64,000 nucleotides of DNA from assembly GCF_902652985.1 (NCBI RefSeq), contig NC_047019.1:12276001-12340000 (forward strand), given 5' to 3'. Position numbers and translations under genes: made by a program. This document shows positions 39,057 to 51,000 of this stretch, one piece after another. Each line of letters opens with the position of its first letter. Position 1 is the first letter of the stretch. This DNA is from Pecten maximus (lineage: Eukaryota). Under the pieces are notes generated by a model. It was not told the origin of the DNA, searched no databases, and was given only the letters and a program-made list of their open reading frames with translations.

Positions 39057-42000
39057 ATGGATGACAAGGTACACATAATTGACTGTTACCGATTACTTCA
39101 GGTTTAAAATGTTTTCATTGTTTACCAAGATCTGCGACAGGACACAAAGCTTCGCGACCATTCACCGTTGCACCACACTTGAGTGTTATTGTTAATCTTT
39201 GTCACGCATGCTAGTTTTGATTAATACGTGATGATGTCGCTTCTCTGCTGATCACATTTCTATATAAGGTTTCGCAGATACCTTTATTCATAATAAGCTA
39301 TAGCCGAGGTAGTAAAAGCATGTAATAAAGGGGGATTTCCGTAGGTCAAGGATTTCCTTAAGCTTGTCATGATTGTTGTGACCGGACCGGGAATTGAAAC
39401 CGGGACCTCCCGCTTGGTAGGCGAGCTTTCTAATCATTGTGCCAAAAGTCCGGACGTTAGGCTCAAGGGTCCAACGCTGCCTAATTTTATCACATTCCCC
39501 CCCCCCCCCCCCCCCCCCATCTGAATTATTCTTCCCCATCTTAATTTTGAGGTCCTTTTTTTATCTCTCCGAGATCATACCCATTTCGACTTACGGTAGC
39601 TACCACACGTCATTTCTGACGGTGATTCATGTGTAGAGCAAGGACAGTCATCACCAGATTGGCCGGAAAATCCAGATGTTGACCACGCCATTGTTGTGAC
39701 CGAACCGGGACCTCCCGCTTGCTAGGCAAGCGCCCGGCGAGCGTTCTAACCATTGTGCCAAAAGTCCAGACGTTAAGCTCGAGGGTCTAATGCTGCCTAA
39801 TTTTACCACATGAGCTTGTTCACCGGAGCTTCTAGCTTTAATCAGGAGACTTTTATTGGTTGGCATTGTTAACATCCTATCAACACGATGTACACTGTAT
39901 GTGTGCAAACTTGTAAGATGCATCCATGCTCGTGTTTTGTCTCCTTGTAATAGCACAAGACTAATACCTAGTTTATATTGCTTATTTTGTAATAACTGAA
40001 AAGCACACTGCCGAAGACACACAGCAGGACACCCCATCTTGTCATATTACACTGACAAGGGTAAACCAGTCACCCCCCCTTCCCATATACATTTAAAGTA
40101 ATAACGTTAACAATTAGCCAATATGTTTTGTTTTGAGGACAGATAAGCATCCGAAACTTTTTAATCCTATGAAGAAATGATCAGTGTAACATGTGCATGT
40201 ATAACAGTTATTAACCCACATTTGAATACATGGCAATACACATTTAATTTTGATGGACCGATGTGTGATGTGGAACAATATTGGTTTGTGTGTAATAATG
40301 TTTATTTATAAACAACACAGTACATTCAGTCCCTATTTGATGGTAATCACCATTGTATTCCTGAACCAATGCAACTTCAGGAGAATTAATTATATAATCA
40401 CTACAGAGCTGAATTAAGTCCTTCTGTCCTTACTGTCTTCCACATTTTCCTGTTCAGATAATCATGTAAAAAAACAATGTATCCCTAGGGAAAATAAATA
40501 TGATACCTTCGATGGTAAATAAACCTTCACATCACCCTTCAACCAGGTCATCAATCGTTTATTATATACCTCTAAATATTAGAGGTTTAACGATGCATCG
40601 ACTTATCACGATGGCAACCCTCTCGATGTCAATGCATCGATCCTAAAATTAAAAGTCGATACTATCGACGATAGTCAAGCTGATATCCCAATAGTCTTGA
40701 TAGTTTAATAATAGGCATCTTTTAAAGAAGAATAAAAATGATGAATGCGCTTAGAGAATGGTTGTTTCCCCCTCCGAGTAGTGTCGAGTTTCGCCAATTG
40801 TGTGTACAAAACTATAAGCAGAGCTAGCTGTCAGCAGGGCCTTGTTGACAGCTAGCTCTGCTTGTAGTTTCGTATCAAACATGGCGGACTTTACTTTCGT
40901 TTTAGTTGACAACAAAAAGGCAAAAGCCTTTATTTGGAAATATTTTGGAGTCTTAAAAGATGGCGATCGAGTAGACAGAACACGGGTGGGCTGCCGTTTG
41001 TGTAAGTGTAGTCTGAAATACAGCGGTAACACAACAAATCTAAGTGATCACATTCGAAGAAAACACGCTACCGTTCCAATGAAAGCACATATGAGCGGAG
41101 CTAATGTCAGTAACGATTTCTAATGTCAATAAATCTACTAATTAGTAGCGGTCACATACAGTAGTTACAAATGTATTTTTTCAAACATGAATATAGTCTC
41201 ACCAATAATCATCAAATATGTTTAAAATAATGCTGATGACTAACTATTGTAGCCGGATTATAGAAATATTTTTTATTGATTGATTAAACTGAATTAAAAA
41301 CACAAACAGATTAATGTCTTTCTTTATTTAAGTACAAAAAAATTGAAAAAATACATTGCCCATTACATTAAGCTCATGGATTATGACATTTCATTGACAA
41401 TAAAGATGCAAATAATCAGAAAAGTACTTGAAAATAAGTATAGGTTGACTAACCCAATAGTATCGCAATAGTTTGTCAATATCGCAATATTGATTATGAC
41501 TATCGCAATAGTAAAATTGTGCTCAATAGTCACCCCTACTAAATATTATTAAATGATAATTATGTAAGTCCAGGTATTATTAACAGTTTCCAGTTGGCTG
41601 GTACATTTGTTGATATTTTCATGTTCTGAACATTTTAGATAGTTGTAAAATTGTGCATATGCCTCAGGGACTTTGTATGGTTTCCTATAATCCAGGATTT
41701 ATATTGATTGTGGGTAAAAAATTTGCGATGGTCATTACACTTTAGATTAGAATATATATATATTTAAACAAGTAAATAAGTGATTATTGTCTTTGTTACA
41801 GGATGATGATCATGATGGAACCTTTGCGTCACTGGACCTGTATGACGACTTGATAACAGATGAGGGAATAAGTCGCCAAGACAATTATGATGAGGTATAC
41901 TAGACTTTACAAATTAATTCATTCTATATTTCTCATTTCCAGGGTAATCCTCCCTACCCCCTCCTCCAATATTCCCCACTCCTGTAAAGTCCCACTACGA

Positions 42001-45000
42001 AAACCCTGCACCCACAACACTCTCCAATCCCTACACCCCCAGTCATGTGCATGCTATAAATGGATTGTATATACATATAACTATTGGCAAATTGAATGTG
42101 CCCATTGTCCAGACTTACTAAATACTGCCTGGAAAATTCAGTAATCTTCTGTTTTAATTTGCAATTATTTAAGTAATTTTTCACACATGATATGCATATG
42201 TACACTGTTCAGATTTCATTTTCTGCTAGATAACAAAAAAATGATATACATATAGGCAGGGCTCAAAGTAGCGTCTATTTTAGTGGCCTTAAATTCACCA
42301 TTGGCGACCAGTTATTGACCTATAAGGCACCTGCATGGCCACTAAAAATTTTGTAAATTTGCGATTTGGTTAATCTTTCAAAGGTTCCAGTCAATTCTAA
42401 AATGACATTCACAATTGAAAAAGTTACAGAGATGTTACACTGAACTAAGGAACTAAAAGATAATTTTAAGACATCTTGCCCGGGTGACTAACTTTTCCGA
42501 TTGGTGCCAGCTTGATTTTATAACTTTGTTGCCAAATAGGCCACCTGGTAAAATATCAACTTTGAGCCCTGAACTGTCAGAAAAACAAAAGGAGAACTCT
42601 GATATGTTATAGTTTAAACTCATTATCAATCAAACTATGCTAGATAAAAACAAAATATAGACCTTTATTTATATAGAGGCCTTGAAAAGAGTACAAAGAG
42701 ACTAATTTACGACAAATTGTTCTGGAAGGGTATAGTGTCATAAGCTTCTGTTTCATCTAGCTACTACGTATACACATCCATGAATATATAGGTCAGACCC
42801 AGGTTATAAGTGAAGACAAATCTCATCAAAATGAGAATAGCTTAAAGGGAGGTGACAACTAGGTGAAGTGATGTATATATGTCAGGTACCAAAATTAGGT
42901 CAACCGGACCTACATTTTGATCTTTGACCTACATCCTAGAACAAGCTTGTCAATGCTCAATCTTCTGCAATTTTGTCTCAAGAGCTTTACCTGGGACATG
43001 AGTTCCCCAAAGTGAGATGGTGTGACCTATATTCTGACCTTTGACCTACATTCATTGTGGACTATTATTTGCAGGGTTGTTAAAATTGAATTAGACTCTT
43101 CATAAGACAGCAGAAGTTTAGGAAATTTAATAGGCATTAAACTGCTTGTCCACATGAAAAAAAAACATGGGTTAAAAAAAAAGCATGTAAGAATGAAAAT
43201 TGTCTGAAGAAAATGAGTTTTTATTACAAGGTGAAGTCTCCCCTATCATTCCATGAGCCAGTTGCTAATGTCAGGAATCTGGTAATTTTATTGGCTAACA
43301 CGCGGACGATGACTCACAGATTGAGGTTATTTCTTAACCTGAATAATGCTTCTCGCTAGTTCAGGCACAATCATTTCTAGATCTACAGATCATACGACTT
43401 GCATTGATCACGCATAAAACATAGAGCTGTCCACAAAAGGAAAGATTGTGCATCAATATCAGATCAGATGAAAATTAGGTGGAATTGAATTATAATAGGG
43501 GAGATAATTCCAAGATAAATAATTCAAGATTTGAGGGGGAACCAATCTTTGTAAAACATGCATGTATTAATTAACCACATGGGACAATATAGCTAGTTAC
43601 TACTCTCCTTAGAGTTAAGATTTTTATATTCAATTTAATTAAACTTTATTAGCACTTTTATAATTACAACTGAATTTGATGGCTAAATATGTACAAATAG
43701 GTAACCTTGTGAGATTTTCCTAGTACCCCTGATTTATGTTTTTTGAATTACTGTTTGTACCCCTCAATTTTCAGAGGAGGGGTACACTTTAACCCTGTCA
43801 GGATAAAGTAATGGGACATGCTGGTCAGCAAGCATTATCTGAGTTTTCAGGTGTCAAGCTATCAAAATTGTACAGCACAGATCTAGATGGTAACTTTTAA
43901 AAAGAAGTTAGTATCTATAATTGAAAAGACAAAATTTGCTGAATATTCCACAATTTTTTGAGAGCACAGCTCTAGCTAGCTATTTCTCAAGTGGGAAATG
44001 TTTATACTGGCTAGGTGATGAGCATTCAAACATTTTCTACTTGTAAAATAAAGCTGTGCTCTCGAAACATTGTGGGATATTTAGTAAGTTTTTCTCTATA
44101 TTTAAAACAAAAGCATGCATCTAATTATAAAATAACTGATATATTTATTAAAAAATCATGAATCTCATTATAAAGTACAAACCTGTTCTCTATTATTCAG
44201 CTTCTCTTCTGTTGCAGTTGTCTAGGAAGTATGATGATGCTGTATTAAAGATTCAGAAGTTAGAGTCCGAGGTGGATACTCTGCGAAAATCGGAGTCCAA
44301 ACTTTCTGAGAGATGTGGAGTTCTGGAGAAAAACATTTCCACTTTGTTCCTGACAGCACGTCTGGAACTTCAGCGCAAGGACAAAGTTATACAGCACTAC
44401 AAACACATGTACGTCTTTTGTTTGAGGCTAGGAATATTAACACAGACTAAGAATCACACTTCTCTGAGAATTGTAGAGATTAAAACCATTGACATTTTCA
44501 CTCACTCAGACACATATCTATAAAGCTAGTTAATTATGTATAAACAATACCAATCTGCAACTTGCATATATTTCAAACTCTACTTATATGATCAATTACA
44601 TCTTGTTACATTTTGATTTGAATATTTTAATTCCAAAATCTCAGAATAATAAAAAAAAAGTTTGAGGTTATTTCAAATTGAAAAAGTTGATAAATTACCT
44701 ATTGATTTGCTGCCGCTGTCATTGCAAAAAGTATGAGTAAATTTGGTTTTTAATGTGGGCTGAAAATTTTTTAATCTTAATGTCAAAATCTTTTAAGTAG
44801 AGCTTTATTAATGTTGGCCTGCTACATACATGCAAGTAATTTACACAGTTGTGTCATTTGGCATATATTTAAGGTTAAGTTATCTCCCCTACATTGTATT
44901 TGGACAATCCAGTTCAATAAGCATGAAGTACACTCACATGAAATATGTTAAAGCAGAAGGAAACAAATTATATACCAGATGTTTTAGAATGAAATTTAGA

Positions 45001-48000
45001 TATTTTTTTTTAAAGAAATTACTTCTAAAAAATAACTGATACTGAAAGTAACTTGTGTAGAATGCGATGATGAATAGACCTTGGTATATGACAATTTATG
45101 AGATTTTGTATAACATTTGTAGAGGCTTCATGAAAAGGAAATGATTATTAGTCCCCTACCACTGAAACTTGGGAGACTATATAGGCTTCATCTCTGTCCA
45201 TCTTGTACATATGAATATAAGGCCACAATTAAATTTGTCAGTGCTCTAGCGGCTTCATTCAGTAAGGGATTTCTATCAACCTCCACACAATGATAAAGGA
45301 CCATAATATCTAACAAGTTCAAGCTTCAGGAATTTTGGGTCAAGGTCACTGTTACTATTTTTAGTGGGGGCTTGTAGGGAACATTGATAACTATTCAAAG
45401 TTGAATTAGTAATCAAAATTGATATAAAGTTGAATTAGTAATCAAAATCGATATGCAATTAATTTTTGATTTATTATTCTATTTTAGGAAGAACCCAAGA
45501 AACCAAACGGGATCTACATTTGCTATGAATCCAGTGTTAAACAGAGTTGTCAGAAAAAATCGCTGGGAGCAGTCTGAAAGTGAGAAAGATAGTGTCACAT
45601 GCATAGCGGACAAGGGAAAGACCAAAAGACGCCTCTCAAGTGACGACAGAGAGGAAAAAGTTCAGAAAAAGCGCAAGTTCTCGGACAAAGCTGCTAATTT
45701 TGGGGAAGAGAATGTCACCAGATGCGAAAATGTTTCTAGGACAGAAAACTGCAGACAGAATGCTGCAAGAAAAATACTTGAAAAGAGTAAGAAAGACGTA
45801 CAGCGCAGGTCAAGTGTAGAAAAGTCAATAATACATCTAAAGGACAAGAACAGTGAAAATATTGATAGAGAGAAAGTTAAAGGAAGCAGAGAAGATGGAT
45901 GTTCAGCGAATAAATCAAGAAAAAATGAAAAGAAAGACAGAGATGAAAAGAAAAGAAGACATACTGCGGAGAATGGGAAAAGAAATGAGACAAAAGGAAA
46001 GAACGAACTCTCAGAAATCATTATGGGAAAAGACAATCTTGTTGAAGAAAATGTGAACAAGAAACCAGATTCAAGCAGTGTTTGTGACTTAAGGGAAAAA
46101 CTCAGACTAAAGCGAATGAGAGAAGAGAAAAATATCAACAAAGACAATTTATTGGAAAGGGAGAAAATGAAATCCCTGGAAGAAATTTCATCTCCAAAAA
46201 ATAGATCAAGAAGCCGGACAGCTGAAGCAAAATCTCCTATCAGTCTTAAATCTTCGATTAGTCATAAATCTCTGGTTGGTCATCCAGCAAAATCTTTGGA
46301 TGCAAATGAGAGTGATCATGAACGGCAGGGAAAAGCTGAATATCTATCCCCTGTTTCCAAACCAAGATTGGAACACGGCAGGCAGGTCACGCCAAAGACA
46401 AAGTCTGTTGTAGAAAAAGTGCCCAATCACAACTCTGACAAGATTCATAGTCACTCGAAAGGTCTTCATAGCAAAGGTTGGTTCAAACAAGCATTGTAAA
46501 GATGAAATTTCACACTCAGACCAATCTTCTCATCCAGTTATTCCAGTGAAGAAGTCTAGTTCATTGGAGACATCTTTATCGGACGGTATTGAAAAATGTC
46601 CTACAGCAAAGGTGAAGGATGTCTGCACAAGTTCAAAGAAAGTTTCATCTTCCTCATCACATTCTGAGACTAGCTCAACTTCGAAAAAATCCAGAACAGA
46701 CTCTATTGATTTTTGTGATCCTTCTGAAGTTGAAAACCGAAACTCGCTGTCTTCACTAGTACTGAAAATTGATGAAGAAAAACATGCCACTGCGGGGACC
46801 TTATCTGTTGAAACACTCCATTCAAAAGGAAAACACAAAGACACATCAGGAGAAAAGAAATTCAGAAAGAATGATACACATCAGAATGTTCCCTTAATTT
46901 CTGATAAATCACAGGAACTGTCTGCCGTCCTCGACTCTGATAAATCACAGGAACTGTCTGCCGTCCCCAGCTCTGATAAGTCACAGGAACTGGCTGCCGT
47001 CCTCGGCTCTGATAAGTCACAGGAACTGTCTGCTGTCCTCGGCTCTGATAAGTCACAGGAACTGGCTGCCGTCCTCGGCTCTGATAAGTCACAGGAACTG
47101 TCTGCCGTCCCCAGCTCTGATAAGTCACAGGAACTGGCTGCCGTCCTCGGCTCTGATAAGTCACAGGAACTGTCTGCTGTCCTCGGCTCTGATAAGTCAC
47201 AGGAACTGGCTGCCGTCCTCGGCTCTGATAAGTCACAGGAACTGTCTACCATCCATGGCACTGATAAGTCACAGGAACCCTCTGCTGTCCTCGCCTCTGA
47301 TAAGTCACAGGAACTGGCTGCCGTCCTCGGCTCTGATAAGTCACAGGAATTATCTGCCGTCCTTGGCTCTGATAAGTCACAGGAACTGACTACCATCCAT
47401 GGGTCTGATAAGTCAAAGGAACTGTCTGCAATCTGCAGCTCTTCATCAGGGGTGGCTAGGAATGCAGTAAACAGTGGGGAGTCATCGATGTTGGTTTCAA
47501 ATATTCTGAAAGACAATGATACCAGTAACACTGAAACCTCATCAGATTCTCAAGAACTAGTAAAAAAGAAAGCAACTGACACATTTATGCATGGACGAAA
47601 AGCAGCTATGAACAAGTCAGGTGAAGACAAATCGTGCTGAGGAATCCAAAACAAGAACAAGACATCGTTCAAAAGGAAAGCGTGAAGAAAAAGAAAAAAA
47701 TACACAGGATATTTCTAACAAAACTTCTGCAATGAAGCAGGATTGAAGTGAAAAAAGATTTAAAAGAGCCAGATTCCAGAAAAATAGATGAAAGTAAAGC
47801 CTCACAGAAACCTGAAGTGAACTTAATTAAAAAACAGGCTTCTCAAAGGCAGGAGAGGGAAATGGGAAGTTCTCCAAACCTGCATCTTGATGTATTGGAA
47901 ATGACCACTAAAACTGATTCAGAGGCAAATAATCTGAAACTTATTAAGAAACAACAAAAGGCAACAAGAAAAGCTTATAATTACGACAGAAATAAAAAGA

Positions 48001-51000
48001 ACCGCAATTCAACCGAAGATATCACAAAGTCTTCAAAAAATGTACATGTATCTTCATCACAAAGAAATGGGAAACAGAGTTCTGCAAGCAGACTGAAGGA
48101 CAGTGTTAACATCAAAACTGAACACATCCTATCGCCTGTTGAGAAAAGTCTAAAGAAACTGGAACCAAAAGACATGGATGAATTAGTCTCAAAAACAGAA
48201 TGCAAAACTTCGTCACCTGCTATGGAAAGTAGGGAGAAACTGGAGAGGAAAGTTATGGGTGTAGCCACTACTCCAAGTAAACACAGACAGCTGTCCGAAG
48301 TAAATCTTAATGATATAAAGATGCCTGCAGAATCTAAATCACAAATTAATGTTTCACCAGGCAGTAAAGAAAATGCTGTAGGTTTTGTATGTCGCCAACA
48401 GGACAATCTGTCACATGTTAAGTTATCAAAGCATGAGAAAATGACACCAAACCAAAAGCAAAATGAAGGTATGGATTCAGCCAAGAAGAAAGACCCGACA
48501 GACATTCAGTCCAAGATGAATAAATTAGAGAAAGATCGTAACTTTGTGTCTGAGAAGCACAAGGAGAAATTTGAGTCACAGTTAAAGGAGAAACAAGACA
48601 AGATTGAGTCACAGGGGATAGAGAAACTTGACTCCGAGTCAAAGAAAGTGGAGAAATCAGACACTGCATCAAAGGATATGATGAAACCAGATTCTGAGTC
48701 ACAGGAAATCGAGAAACCAAATACTGAATCACAGGGAATGGAAATTCCAGAGTTTGAGTTGAAAGGAATGGAGAAATTAGATAAAGAGGCACAGGTAATG
48801 GAGAAAATGGAGATTGAGTCACAGACAGTAGAGCAATCAGATATAGAGTTACAAGGAATGAAGAAACAAGAAACTGTGTCACAGGGAATGGGGAAACCAA
48901 AAGGTCGGTCACAAGGAATAGAGAAACATGAAACTGAACCAGAGAAAGAGGAAAAATTAGAAATTGATTCACAAGATAAACAAGACATGTGCACCAAGTC
49001 ACAGGAAATGGAGAAACTCGAACCTGAGTCACAGGAAACGGAGAATCTTGAACTTGTGGCACAGGAAATAGAGAAACTCGAACCTGAGTCACAGGAAGTG
49101 GAGAAACTCGAACCTGAGTCACAGGAAGTGGAGAAACTCGAACCTGAGGCACACGAAATAGATAAACTCGAACCTGAGTCACTGGAAATCGAGAATCTTG
49201 AAAATGAGTCAGTGGAAATGGAGAAACTCAAACCTGAGTCACAGGAAATGGAGACACCTGACATTGAGTCACAGGAAAAAGAGAAATTAGACATTGAAAC
49301 AGATGACAAAGAGATAGAGAAATTAGATAGTGAGTCGCAGGGAATAGAGAAACCAGGTACAGAGTCACATGAAATGGAGAAACTTGATCCTGAGTCAAAG
49401 GAAATCGAGAATCTTGAACCAGAGTCACAAGAAATGGAGAAACTCGAACCTGAGTCACTGAGAATGGAGAATCTTGAACTGGAGTCACAGGAAATGGAGA
49501 AACTCAAACCTGAGTCACTGGAAATGGAGAAATTAGACATTGACACAGATGACAAAGGAATATCACCTTCTGTTAATAAAGAAGTCGTTGGAACACTTAC
49601 ATATTCCAAGACAAAATTTAAATCACCAGTCAAAAGCAGCAAGCAGCAATTTATTTTGACTGATTCTACAAAAGAAAGTCTTCTCAAGGCTGATAATGAC
49701 CAGAATAAGACTCAAGGTGTAGAACATGACAAAACAGTGAACAGGAAAAGATCTGCATCATCTGTACAAAGTGATTCAACCCTTGAGAGCGACCTAGAAA
49801 TGAGTTCAGACAGCGAGTCAGAGGAAATATCTTTTCACTCATCCAGTGAAGAAATTCAAATTGGAGTTTCTGAACCTTATCTTCCATCAAATATAAAAAA
49901 CACAATGTCAGATCAAGACAAGGAGACTCGTGGTCTCAATAGTTCAGAGATGGTTCACCCATCTGAATCAGGATGCGGCCCAGATGCTGATGAACAGTGT
50001 ACTGCAGGTGACAATCCATTTGAAGATCCAGAAGTTATTGTTTGTGGAGAGCAAAATGGACAAGAAGTGTTCAAACCAAAACATTCTGATAAACACTTTT
50101 CTGACGAAAACAGCGAGGAACTTGATTATGAGTTTGAGTCTGACAGTTCGTCATCACCACCTCTTATGCAAGAAGATGATGAGTCATCAGGAAACGACAA
50201 CGGACCTTTGAATAGAAATAATGAGAAAATGACTGAAGAGTTGTCAAAGATGGTTACCTGAAGCAGAAGATACACAGGAAGATGAGCTAATGCTTTGTGT
50301 GTCACCCTCAGAAAGTATGGAATTCGACACGGAGGAAGAAGATATTTGTAAAACTGTTCAAGTTAAGAAATTTATCTCACCAAAGAAAAAAGTTCACAGC
50401 AGCAAATCAAAACGGGAAGATGATGGGAAATCAACATCAAAACAAGAACTTTCAGATAAAAGGAATCCCCCTAAACCGAGTGTGAGAAAGCCTAGCAGTG
50501 ACTATTCTAGAACATCACATTCACCAGACATGGATGGCAGAAGGTCAAGTAAAAGGGATGGCAAAGATCACCATAGCAAGACAAAAGTTGAATCTTGTAG
50601 GAACTTGGACGAGGAAATCCGTCGTGGCTCTCGTCGACAGCATTCTGATGAAGAAAGATCAAAAGAAAAAGAAAGAAAAGGGAAAGTTATTGAGAGGAAA
50701 AAATATGATGAACGTAGGGACAGGGATCATTTGTGTGATAGTCCAAGAATATCAAAGGAAAGTGACAGGAAAAGGAGTTCGAGAGATCGTCATAGTGATA
50801 TGGATAGGACATCCAAAGATCATAATAATCGGGACAGAATGTCCATTGATCGTCATGGTAATAAAGAAAGGACATACAAAGATCGTCATAGTGGTATGGA
50901 AAAGACATCAAACGATCGCCTTCGGGTTACGGAAAGGACATCAAAGGATCGTCATAGTGATACTGAAAGGACATCAAAAGATCGTCATAGTGATACGGAA

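Noticed and set aside
39380-39455. Functional tRNA gene (anticodon ACC or AGC)
   Set aside because: Mismatched D and T arms, different anticodon loops in the two copies, and location inside LTR-like repeats; treated as part of the TRIM.
46476-46500. 25-nt GT-AG micro-intron that would repair the first frameshift
   Set aside because: Too short for a typical metazoan intron, lacks a pyrimidine tract, and the other three breaks have no convincing equivalent.
45662-49687. Long minus-strand ORFs (161-393 aa) opposite the FLASH exon
   Set aside because: Antisense shadows of a purine-rich repetitive coding strand; S/F/L-rich low complexity with no domain.
47638-50261. In-frame TGA codons as selenocysteine or stop readthrough
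   Set aside because: Coding sequence resumes in a different frame after each TGA, so readthrough would not restore the protein.
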